From a virus (Duplodnaviria; Heunggongvirae; Uroviricota; Caudoviricetes): a DNA stretch of 12,190 nt. A model generated the notes under the pieces. That model had not been told where the DNA came from. It did not search any database and was given only the letters and a program-made list of their open reading frames with translations. Shown here piece by piece: positions 1 to 7,347 of this stretch (the first letter of the stretch is position 1; every line of letters begins with the position of its first letter). Location: positions 1 to 12,190 of the IMG/VR virus record IMGVR_UViG_3300022661_000085; one strand, written 5' to 3'. Position numbers and translations under genes: made by a program.

Positions 1-660
1 TGGAGTTGCTCGCATTCGGAGAGCGCTCCCACCAGTAACTGGCAATAATCCATCCGCCTCCGATAGATGCCGTAAAGTTCGGGGTTAGATTATACTTATC
101 CAATTCCGCCTGAGTGAGGTACATATAACCAATAGAGTCATTGCTCGTATTGATCCAAATATCTCCCTCTTTGACGTCATTCGCGGGATCCAAACTGGGA
201 TCATCTGCCGCGCTATAGAAGGTAGCATCATCCTCGACCATACGACCTCTGAATTTCAAACGTCTACCATTGCTCGTAAACCACGAGATAGCAGTACCTT
301 CGCTCGCATAAGGTTCGGTTGTATAACCGCCGACTTCTCTGTTAGCTGCAAGGTAAATCTTGTCTTCCGAAATAACAATCTCGGTAGACTGACTACCCGC
401 GCTCGCGCTAATCTTAACCGTCTTAAGTATGTTACGCCACTGAATAGGAAGTGCATTGACAAGGCGCGTATTACAGAATGTACGCATCAAGCTCGCATCC
501 CAACCGCCTGCGTTAGTGTTCGTGCTGTTCATCCAGTATCCACGACCGTCAAGCAGGTTGTTCGCTATAAGCGAAATCTTTGCTTTCGCGCTCGTTCCTG
601 TTCCTGCAAGTCTGTATCTATCCGTACCACAGAATTCCATTCTCAAAGGCTCACGACACC
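1..660 (-). other. DUF6273-type (C-type-lectin-fold-like) C-terminal domain of the giant protein, main part
   Basis: Motifs MNSTNTNAGGWDASLMRTFCN, NALPIQWRNILKTVK, SEDKIYL..NREV, EG.AISWFTSN.RRLK and WWERSP match the pattern I recall for this family. Confidence 0.75.
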
Positions 661-3600
661 AAGATGCTAATTCGTATGCATTGGTTTCTCCAAGGTCATC
701 GTACCAAACCTTACACCAGTGGATAATACCCTTGGCGTAATAGTCGCATCCGCCGTCACCATATCTAACCGCACCGAGAGTAACCGGTACATTGGTAGCA
801 GTGGCTCTGGTTCTCGTAAGAAGAGTACGAGTGATTGCATCCGCAAACCTTGCGCCGTTACCGTTAGTGGTCTGACAACCGCTATATACATAGAGATGGT
901 TTTCACCAGCGCGGTGTCTGATAACAACAATATCACGATAGTGCTTCGAGCTTACGTAGTTACCTACAATCTGAGATTTGTCGCCCCACTGAATGCTCGG
1001 ATAGCTATTGAACCTCAGCCTGAATCCTTCGCTTCCCTCTTCCTCGAAAGCAGATACAAGGGTTGCATTGGTATCGGTAGAGTCGCACGCATAAGTGAAG
1101 TCGATAGCCATCGTGAAGGATTTCTCGTTGTCGCCGAACAGATATACATCTGTGTCAATAGCAGTTTCTCCGTCCAAAACAAGAGGCGTATCAACAGGTA
1201 CGATTTCCTTGCTCTCGATGTTCGAGAAATTCAAGTCCGTACCCATAGTAATATCGTGATAGTCCTTATCAACGAAGTATTCGTCAACGTTTGCAAGTCC
1301 GTTTGCCGCAGCAGTTGCCACCGCATAGATTTCTGCAACGTTCATTTCGCTAAGGTCTTTCGTGCCGGCAGAAGGCAGATTTGCTACCTCCCAAACGGCA
1401 TATACACTCATATTACCGCGCACATAACCTGTGCTCTTATCCCAACCTGCAAACATCTTACCCGAATATACGCTCGTATCGAATTCGTTTGCGGGCGTTT
1501 CTCCTGCATAAACCGCATCGGAACCGTATTCCACGGTTTGCTCGTCAAGCTTCAAGCCACCTTCAGCATCATACCAAGCGACGGTATAAGTGCGAACGGT
1601 AGCAGTAAATACAGCAGTAACAACTCTTGCTTCCAGAACGGGGCTTGTAAGCTCATTCCAAGATGCGAAAGCATAGCTGTACTGAGGCGTGCTTGCCTTA
1701 GTGGGAACATCGTCAAGAAGTCCTGTTGCAACAGGATCAGGCGGAGTCTGTCCTCTATCTACATAGCAGGAACAAAGCTCTGTGCCAGTATCATCAACGT
1801 ATGTTACTTTATACTGTTCGATAAGGTTAGCGGAGTTATATCTTACAACGAGACCGTCCCAAGCTTCCTCGTAGTTCGCCAATTCTTGGCTTCTTACCTG
1901 TCCGCTGATGTAGACTTGTCCCGAGAGACTTGATTCATTGAGGTCGAAAATGTCATTCAGCAACTCAGTGGTCGCCAAAGCATTATCGCCCGTCCAGTCG
2001 ATACCTGCGAGCGTCAAGGTTCTCAGCGTATCAACCGATTTCTCAACCATCGTCTTTTCGTCAATCAACGAATGTTCAATAGTCAAGTGCTGAAGACTGT
2101 CCGTAGACATCTGGAAGTCCGTAAGGTTCTGGAGGTTCTGCATTCTCAACGTGTTGATAGTGTCAGGCAGATGCGCCGTTGTTACCTTACCGTTTTTAGC
2201 GAATGCAACGCCGCTGATAGAAGAACCCTCGGCATACAGCTCAAGAAGGTTATAACACTTCGTCAAGTCAACGATAGAGTTCAAACCTGTCATATTTCTG
2301 ATGTCCAGATACTCAAGCAACTTGTTGTTACCAAGCGCGAGAGTAGTCATAAATGTGTTGGTGTAGCCTGCGGTCGTACTACCAATCGTAAGTCTCTGCA
2401 AGCGCGATGCCTTAGAGAAGTCGTTATCGCCGACATAACACTTGGAAAGGTCGCCGATGCCTTGAATGAACGATGCACCGTAGATCAGCGTAATATCCGC
2501 AGCTTCGAGTCCTTCGGGATAAGGAATGGTGTATTCAACGCCAGCCTTTGCTCTTACGTTATCCTTGTGTCCGTTGTAGAAGCTGAAGCCGATATACATA
2601 TCGGAATAAGGAGTCAGATAGAGCGTGAAGTCCTTGGGAACTACTGCGCCAACAGGGTTATTGAAACGCAACATTATCTGGTCAGCCGTTGCCGTCTTAC
2701 CAAAATACTTAGTTGCGAAGTAGATTTCTTGGTTTCTCTCAAATTGTCTACGCTGATACTTCTTTCTACCGTTCATCATTTCTCTGAAGAAACGAGGGTT
2801 AGAAGCGCCTGCGATACTGTTATCGATAGAAACACCTTTGTAAGTACGAAGGTACTTACGCTCAATGTCAATTCTCCACAATTCCTCGGGGAATTGGTTC
2901 TGAGAGTTATCCCATTGAGTGATAAGTCCGTTAGAGCTCCAAGCGTTAACGTCTTCGCGGTTAACATACATAGCCATAAGCTCTGTCTTGAAGAGGTCGC
3001 GGATTCTGCAGAAGAACTTGCTTTCCGCAGCTCTGTAGATATAAGAAGATGAAGGATCTCCGTCAACGTAGAAGTCAACGTCTTCTTTACCATAAGGCAA
3101 CACAAGCTTACCGGTGTTGTCAATACCCAGAGAGGTATCAAAGTCGTATCCGAAGGTCAAATCCCATCTGTAAACGCCATCGTCGCACTTTCCGTAGTGC
3201 CAGAAGCTGTTCTTTGCACGGTTATCAACCATCGTATAGCGCTCGGTAAACAGGTAGTAATAAAGCGCAGAATCAACTACGAAGTAATTCTCAAGGTTAT
3301 CGTGGAATTCTTCATCCGTAGAAGTAACTACGAACTTATAGAAGTCTCTCCAAGCGTCGATATTGGCTTGTCTTTCCTCGTCTGTAATGCCCTTCTTCTC
3401 ATAGCGGAACTCGTAAGAACCGTTACCAAAGGACTTGAATTCTCCTTCCTTATATTTATAAGGAGCATAGAGATCGTCGTAAGCGGTGTTTCCAGCCTTC
3501 CAGTTTGCGGGAGTACAGATAGCATTGCCGTAACCTGTCGGGAACTCTGCGAGAGCAACGTTGTAGTCTGTGATTTCGATTACGCACTCTTTGGGATCGT

Positions 3601-6600
3601 TCTTGTCGTTTACACGAGTATCGTCCGTCTTCTTAGAGTCGCCCACATTACCAAATGCATAGAAATGCCAGTTAGTATCATTGAACTCTCTGTGAGTGCT
3701 AAGGTCTTCGTCAGCTTCTCTGATGAAAACTACGCAGTTGTGGAACTCCATACAGTCTTTAACCTTGGAGTCTGCGACCTTCGCTGAACGCTTGAAGGGG
3801 TTGAATGTGTTATATCTGTTAGCCATCAACGCATTGTTTGCGTTCTCAGAAGATGCGATATTAACCTTAACGTTGAGATAGTCGGTAGGAACGGAATCTC
3901 TTGTGAGGGTGATTGTCTTGCCGGTTGTACCGTCGCTGAAAGTGAACAGTGATGTATCTCTGTCCATAATAAGGTCAAGGTTTCTTCCCGCGTATCCGTA
4001 TTCGTTAGACGATGTACCCTGTCCCGAATGGCGTGCGCCGGTGCAAGTCCAGTTGTCGAGAACGGGATCTCCGTTCTTGTAAATCATCTGAACCGTAGTG
4101 CCGTCAATCTTGTTGTCCTTGTCGTTCGTAAACCAAGGAGCCTCAACTTTGATAATTCTCAAGTCAGGGCATCTCTCAGCAAGAATCTCGGGAGTAAGGT
4201 TGCCGTTTTCATCATAGATTTCGTTTCTGTCGTGGCGAGAAATCATCTCGTCAGAAGTACGTGCGTCAGTGATGAAGTTCTGAAGAATGTCGCTATCCGT
4301 CAAGTTGAACTCATAAGCTCTCATTCTGTAGATGTAAACATCGCAGTCAGGAGAACCAATAACGATTTCGACAGGCTCGTACTGCTTGATAACGTGGTTG
4401 TTATCGTAGAGCAAAGGTCTCAAGCCAACGCCGTCTTCGTAGGTCATAATGTAGGAAGTAACATCTTCGCCGTCCCCAATGGGGCAAATATTACATTCAA
4501 ACTCGATTGCATCTTCCTCACTGTAAGGAACATACAACTCGTCTGCGCTGGTGTTAATGTATGCCTCGTGGACATTCATAACAAGTCCAACTTTATCGTC
4601 CGCCAAGCCGTTAGAGCAGGTCAGGAACCTTGCGTTGTCTTTGCGAACGTTTGTAGTTTTAAAGATTACCTTGAAAGCAGAACCGCTTTCCTTGGCATCC
4701 TTTGCGAACATCTTGTAATTGATTGTCGCATATGTACCAGATTTAATGCAGAAATATTCCTCGCCGGGAATAGCATTTCCCTCTTCATCTCTGCTAATCT
4801 GATATCCGCCGTTTTGCCAGTCGAAGTTATCAGAAACACTCATACTGATGGCGGGGTTGTTTTCGTCAGACCAAAGCCTGTTTGCGCTACTGTTGGTGCG
4901 TCCAACGGGGTTAAAGTCAAAAACGTATCCGTCAACGGTTTCGACGTCGAATCCGATATCGGTCGTATTGATTACGATCTCAACGTATGTAGCACCGCAA
5001 CGAATGATGAGGTGATGCTCGCCAACCTCGGTAAGCTTAACGCTCCATTCGCCCTCGGAACTTTCCAGAGTTTCCTCGCCAACAACTTCGCCGTCAACCT
5101 CTTTTGTGATTGTGGGCGTACTCGTATTGGGATCAACAACATAGAAAGGAATAATCATCGTATTGAACTGTTTCAGCGTAATCGCGCCATAAAGGTCGTT
5201 ACGATAAGCGCAACCGATAACGGGGGTTCCAGCATCTTCATCGAACCAAACAAGGTCGTAGTAGATGTGTTCTGTTTCTACATCCTTACCACTGATAGAA
5301 GCGGTGATGTAGCATTCAAACAAGTGAGCGCCGTGAGCCTGCGCAGGGATAGTAAATCTCTTCGAGCTACCAGATGCGGTAGTGTCTTCGTAGCCAATTT
5401 CTGTGCCATCCATCTTGAAGTGCACACGCTTATCAACGGAACCATAAGGAACATAGTTAAAGAGAATACTTTCTCCAACGGTATACGTCTTCTTTGCAAG
5501 GTTTGCATCGGAAGGTTCAAGACGAATGTCTACGACCTGAACGTTCCAGATACGGGTAAGCATACTACCCGCGTCATCGTTAACCGTCAGTGAGAACTTT
5601 GTGGTACCGATAGGAAGTTCCTGACCGAGCAGTTGTCTTGCGTCAAAGCTGTTGTAACCCTGATTAAGAGTACCGCTTGCAAGAACCTTCGAGCCATTCT
5701 TCCAAGTGTAATAACCGTCAACGGTCTGTCCGTCGGTATCCACAGACGAGAAGTTAAACTCGATGTCTGCCGCGTCGGTAGGTGTGATAATCAAAGGGGA
5801 AGGTGTAATTCTCTCAACGGTAATAGTGGTTGAACCACCACCGCCACCTCCGCCACCAGAACCTGCGGCAAAGCGTGTTTCGCTTCCCTCGATCTTTTCG
5901 CCGTTTTTATCCTTCAGCCAGACCTCAACCATTTCAGCGTCGCCAACTGTAACGGTTGCGGACTCAAGTCCCATAGCTCCGCTGTCGGGAAGTTCAGTTC
6001 CCTCTCCAATGGGATCGCCCTCCGCGTCAACAAGAACCATAAGTTCCTTGCCGTCTTCGGTTTCGCGCACTTCGATGTCTTTGGGAACGCCGCCCTCGAT
6101 TTCTGTCTGCATTGCAGTAATACGCTCGTCAAGGCTGTCATACTCGCCCTTTGCATCTGCAACCTGATCAATGGTATCCGCGAACTCGTCGCGGTAACCC
6201 TTAGCTTGGTTAGCATACCTTTGGGCATCTGCCGCAGAACCTTCCGCTTTATCTGCAAGTGCCTGCGCCGCTTCGATCTGGTCTTGAGCATTTAAGAGAG
6301 CTTCGGATGCAGCCTCAGCCGACTCTGCAGCCGCGGTAGCAGAACTCTCTGCCTCTGCAATTCTCTGGTCAAGCTCGTCGATGTGGTCAACAACATTCTC
6401 AACGCGCTCAACGAGGCTGACAAGTACATCGTATCCCTCGTCTTCAGTGATGTCGGTTTCGTTAGTGGGAGCGTATTCAACGAGAACACTGAAGTTCAAG
6501 GTTGAGAATTTCTCGCCGTCCTTGATGATCGAAACATCACAAACGCATTTTCCTGCGACCTGAAGCATCCAGTTCGTAAGAGGTACAGTAACGGTACCGT

Positions 6601-6814
6601 CGGCGTTTACAACACCCGCAAAGTCGTGGCTTTCCAAGTCGGCTCTCTTTACGCCGAATACTACGGTTGCGCCAGAAGGAACGTCGATTTCTTCTCCGCG
6701 AGTGGTGATTGTTACTTTTAAAAATCTTGAATCCTCGTCGTACTGCTTTGCGTGCACAACTTTGTACGCATTTTCACGAGAGGTATCCAAGGTCAATTCT
6801 TGTGTAATTTTCAT
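1..6814 (-). CDS. Giant multidomain BppU-anchored tail fibre / receptor-binding protein (>=2271 aa, 3' end outside window; missing from ORF track)
   Basis: ATG at 6814-6812 preceded by AAGGAG (6826-6821, 6-nt spacer). I translated the frame to position 2 by hand and found no stop. It starts MKITQELTLDTSRENAYKVVHAKQYDEDSRF and ends ...GGGWIIASYWWERSPNASNS. The ORF track lists no ORF in this frame, consistent with a stop-free open end. Confidence 0.95.
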   Translation of the reverse strand, partial: MKITQELTLDTSRENAYKVVHAKQYDEDSRFLKVTITTRGEEIDVPSGATVVFGVKRADLESHDFAGVVNADGTVTVPLTNWMLQVAGKCVCDVSIIKDGEKFSTLNFSVLVEYAPTNETDITEDEGYDVLVSLVERVENVVDHIDELDQRIAEAESSATAAAESAEAASEALLNAQDQIEAAQALADKAEGSAADAQRYANQAKGYRDEFADTIDQVADAKGEYDSLDERITAMQTEIEGGVPKDIEVRETEDGKELMVLVDAEGDPIGEGTELPDSGAMGLESATVTVGDAEMVEVWLKDKNGEKIEGSETRFAAGSGGGGGGGGSTTITVERITPSPLIITPTDAADIEFNFSSVDTDGQTVDGYYTWKNGSKVLASGTLNQGYNSFDARQLLGQELPIGTTKFSLTVNDDAGSMLTRIWNVQVVDIRLEPSDANLAKKTYTVGESILFNYVPYGSVDKRVHFKMDGTEIGYEDTTASGSSKRFTIPAQAHGAHLFECYITASISGKDVETEHIYYDLVWFDEDAGTPVIGCAYRNDLYGAITLKQFNTMIIPFYVVDPNTSTPTITKEVDGEVVGEETLESSEGEWSVKLTEVGEHHLIIRCGATYVEIVINTTDIGFDVETVDGYVFDFNPVGRTNSSANRLWSDENNPAISMSVSDNFDWQNGGYQISRDEEGNAIPGEEYFCIKSGTYATINYKMFAKDAKESGSAFKVIFKTTNVRKDNARFLTCSNGLADDKVGLVMNVHEAYINTSADELYVPYSEEDAIEFECNICPIGDGEDVTSYIMTYEDGVGLRPLLYDNNHVIKQYEPVEIVIGSPDCDVYIYRMRAYEFNLTDSDILQNFITDARTSDEMISRHDRNEIYDENGNLTPEILAERCPDLRIIKVEAPWFTNDKDNKIDGTTVQMIYKNGDPVLDNWTCTGARHSGQGTSSNEYGYAGRNLDLIMDRDTSLFTFSDGTTGKTITLTRDSVPTDYLNVKVNIASSENANNALMANRYNTFNPFKRSAKVADSKVKDCMEFHNCVVFIREADEDLSTHREFNDTNWHFYAFGNVGDSKKTDDTRVNDKNDPKECVIEITDYNVALAEFPTGYGNAICTPANWKAGNTAYDDLYAPYKYKEGEFKSFGNGSYEFRYEKKGITDEERQANIDAWRDFYKFVVTSTDEEFHDNLENYFVVDSALYYYLFTERYTMVDNRAKNSFWHYGKCDDGVYRWDLTFGYDFDTSLGIDNTGKLVLPYGKEDVDFYVDGDPSSSYIYRAAESKFFCRIRDLFKTELMAMYVNREDVNAWSSNGLITQWDNSQNQFPEELWRIDIERKYLRTYKGVSIDNSIAGASNPRFFREMMNGRKKYQRRQFERNQEIYFATKYFGKTATADQIMLRFNNPVGAVVPKDFTLYLTPYSDMYIGFSFYNGHKDNVRAKAGVEYTIPYPEGLEAADITLIYGASFIQGIGDLSKCYVGDNDFSKASRLQRLTIGSTTAGYTNTFMTTLALGNNKLLEYLDIRNMTGLNSIVDLTKCYNLLELYAEGSSISGVAFAKNGKVTTAHLPDTINTLRMQNLQNLTDFQMSTDSLQHLTIEHSLIDEKTMVEKSVDTLRTLTLAGIDWTGDNALATTELLNDIFDLNESSLSGQVYISGQVRSQELANYEEAWDGLVVRYNSANLIEQYKVTYVDDTGTELCSCYVDRGQTPPDPVATGLLDDVPTKASTPQYSYAFASWNELTSPVLEARVVTAVFTATVRTYTVAWYDAEGGLKLDEQTVEYGSDAVYAGETPANEFDTSVYSGKMFAGWDKSTGYVRGNMSVYAVWEVANLPSAGTKDLSEMNVAEIYAVATAAANGLANVDEYFVDKDYHDITMGTDLNFSNIESKEIVPVDTPLVLDGETAIDTDVYLFGDNEKSFTMAIDFTYACDSTDTNATLVSAFEEEGSEGFRLRFNSYPSIQWGDKSQIVGNYVSSKHYRDIVVIRHRAGENHLYVYSGCQTTNGNGARFADAITRTLLTRTRATATNVPVTLGAVRYGDGGCDYYAKGIIHWCKVWYDDLGETNAYELASWCREPLRMEFCGTDRYRLAGTGTSAKAKISLIANNLLDGRGYWMNSTNTNAGGWDASLMRTFCNTRLVNALPIQWRNILKTVKISASAGSQSTEIVISEDKIYLAANREVGGYTTEPYASEGTAISWFTSNGRRLKFRGRMVEDDATFYSAADDPSLDPANDVKEGDIWINTSNDSIGYMYLTQAELDKYNLTPNFTASIGGGWIIASYWWERSPNASNS
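665..1230 (-). other. LamG/concanavalin-A-like domain 2 of the giant protein
   Basis: LDGETAIDT..SFTMAIDF..TLVSAF..GFRLRF..VVIRH..HLYVY..VTLGA..YAKGIIHWCKVWYDDL resembles a LamG beta-sandwich. Confidence 0.6.
1388..1813 (-). repeat. Two InlB B-repeat / Flg_new-like protein repeats
   Basis: YKVTYVDDTG..YVDRGQTPPDP..PTK..YSYAFASW..VTAVF, then YTVAWYDAEG..TVEYGSDA..P..MFAGWDKS..MSVYAVW. Both show the Y.V.(Y/W)...F..W...A.(F/W) pattern. Confidence 0.75.
1840..2460 (-). repeat. Leucine-rich repeat region
   Basis: Recurring LxxLxL/I units: RLQRLTIG, LLEYLDIRN, NLLELYAEGS, TINTLRMQNL, SLQHLTIEH, TLRTLTLAGI. Confidence 0.75.
2705..4150 (-). other. CotH-like atypical protein kinase domain within the giant protein
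   Basis: Ordered motifs: QGTSS (4021-4007), YLNVKVNIASSENANN, FGNVGDSKK, YEFRY, YYLFTERYTMVDNRAKNSF (D1197..N1202; 3226-3209), W..FGYDFDTSLGIDNTG (3148-3137), and the helical end RRQFERNQEIYFATKY. Confidence 0.7.
2820..2836 (+). repeat. 17-nt direct repeat, copy 1 (copy 2 at 7862-7878)
   Basis: ttatcgatagaaacacc is identical at both loci (19/20 when extended); both lie in KGVSID in frame. Confidence 0.85.
4265..4920 (-). other. LamG/concanavalin-A-like domain 1 of the giant protein
   Basis: FDFNPVGRTN..DWQNGG..FKVIFKTTNV..IMTYEDG..IVIGSPDCDVYIYRMRAYEFNLTDSDILQNF. The terminal 'I..R.Y...L...I..N' signature is typical of LamG domains. Confidence 0.6.
4930..5830 (-). other. About three beta-rich (Ig-like?) domains of the giant protein
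   Basis: Three ~95-aa beta-strand-patterned segments ending ..FSLTVNDDAGSMLTRIWNVQVV, ..GAHLFECYITA..EHIYYDLV and ..GEHHLIIRCGATYVEIVIN. The fold assignment is inference. Confidence 0.4.
5834..5857 (-). repeat. Gly8 flexible linker
   Basis: Codons GGT GGC GGA GGT GGC GGT GGT GGT between the N-terminal stalk and the beta-domains. Confidence 0.9.
6100..6420 (-). other. Ala/Glu-rich coiled-coil stalk
   Basis: LVERVENVVDHIDELDQRIAEAESSATAAAESAEAASEA..VADAKGEYDSLDERI; helical heptad-like pattern. Confidence 0.75.
6470..6814 (-). other. BppU N-terminal (baseplate upper protein, DUF2479-type) domain
   Basis: AKQYDEDSRFLKVTI..IDVP..VKRAD..GTVTVPLTNWMLQVAG...CDVSI..FSTLNFSVLVE matches the 'Q.D..SR.L' BppU pattern. 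Confidence 0.85.
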
Positions 6815-6820
6815 TTATTA

Positions 6821-6826
6821 CTCCTT
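6821..6826 (-). promoter_or_regulatory. Shine-Dalgarno AAGGAG for the giant gene
   Basis: AAGGAG-TAATAA-ATG on the minus strand. Confidence 0.9.
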
Positions 6827-6872
6827 TATTTCATTTTGCTTATTTTTTATTTAGTCATCTAAAACACAGGTT

Positions 6873-6896
6873 TCCGATGCTAATAAGCCAATCGGA
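6873..6896. promoter_or_regulatory. Operator-like inverted repeat TCCGAT-N12-ATCGGA
   Basis: tccgat at 6873-6878 and atcgga at 6891-6896, directly downstream of a minus-strand TTGACA (6909-6904). Confidence 0.35.
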
Positions 6897-6902
6897 TTAA
6901 GT

Positions 6903-6931
6903 TTGTCAATAGCAAGAATATCTTTTATAAA
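6903..6931 (+). promoter_or_regulatory. Candidate sigma70/sigmaA promoter, antisense to the tail genes
   Basis: TTGTCA (6903-6908) - 17 nt - TATAAA (6926-6931): 5/6 and 5/6 consensus with ideal spacing. Confidence 0.45.
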
Positions 6932-6954
6932 TCTCACACTCGCCTATTCACATA

Positions 6955-6985
6955 TATAAGGGGCGGACTTTTGCCCGCCCTTATA
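6955..6985 (-). terminator. GC-rich hairpin after the 119-aa gene (probable intrinsic terminator or stabilising stem; weak U-tract)
   Basis: Minus-strand RNA GGGCGGGC-AAAA-GUCCGCCC (8 bp including one G-U), extendable by flanking UAUAA/UUAUA, just after the TAA at 6989-6987. It is followed by CUUAUAUAU rather than poly-U. Confidence 0.65.
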
Positions 6986-6986
6986 C

Positions 6987-7346
6987 TTATTCTTCCTCGA
7001 TAAAATCAAGCAAGGGGAACATCTGCTTCATCGACAACTTAAGGTTGTCGGCAAGCTCCGCAAGCTTGAAACGAATGCCCGGATCTTCAGCTTCCGTTTC
7101 GCCGAGTTTTGCAACGTCGGCTTGGAAATCTGATACCTTCTCGTTGGGAACGATACTTGTCCCGTCTTTTCTGGTTTCGGCGTGTTTGCTAAATATCTTG
7201 CGTACTTCTGCTGTGTAAAACTCTTGATCGCTTTGAGTTTTAACGATGAACCTTGTCATCCAGTAAGAAAGATGTGCGCCGATATCTTCTTTGTCGGCAA
7301 ATCCTTCCAGCACGCTCCGTGCATTGATTATTGTTGATAATTTCAT
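6987..7346 (-). CDS. Small helical phage tail-associated protein (DUF1617-like)
   Basis: 119 aa. Pattern I..A...L......L.YW..R......FY......I..K...G...VP.EK..F..D...L..E...SM....L.DFIEE resembles small proteins that follow chaperone-bearing tail fibres. RBS AAGGAG lies inside the Tal 3' end; the start is 1 nt after the Tal stop. Confidence 0.7.
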   Translation of the reverse strand: MKLSTIINARSVLEGFADKEDIGAHLSYWMTRFIVKTQSDQEFYTAEVRKIFSKHAETRKDGTSIVPNEKVSDFQADVAKLGETEAEDPGIRFKLAELADNLKLSMKQMFPLLDFIEEE

Positions 7347-7347
7347 T

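Noticed and set aside
1721-1736. Perfect 16-bp palindrome TCCTGTTGCAACAGGA
   Set aside because: It is inside coding sequence (DPVATG), and roughly 0.2 such palindromes are expected by chance in 12 kb.
3447-3464. 8-bp inverted repeat tccttata-tt-tataagga
   Set aside because: AT-rich, 2-nt loop, within coding sequence; within chance expectation.
719-5593. Long plus-strand ORFs (719-1933, 2072-3052, 3197-3787, 4028-5593; up to 521 aa)
   Set aside because: All are exact in-register antisense shadows of the giant gene. Their stops fall on its rare TCA codons (1931, 3050, 3785, 5591), and the products are Val/Ile/Arg-rich with no recognisable motifs.
5763-6167. Plus-strand ORF with a Pro8 run
   Set aside because: It arises from the reverse complement of the Gly8 linker codons.
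256-6489. Short minus-strand ORFs (256-462, 667-936, 2776-3141, 3328-3558, 5278-5520, 5914-6291, 6292-6489)
   Set aside because: Alternative-frame ORFs inside the giant gene with no recognisable products. The main frame is continuous, so no frameshift is needed.
1-6814. Stop-codon reassignment or pseudogene as the reason the giant gene is missing from the track
   Set aside because: No in-frame TAA/TAG/TGA was found on manual translation. The omission is explained by the stop lying outside the window.
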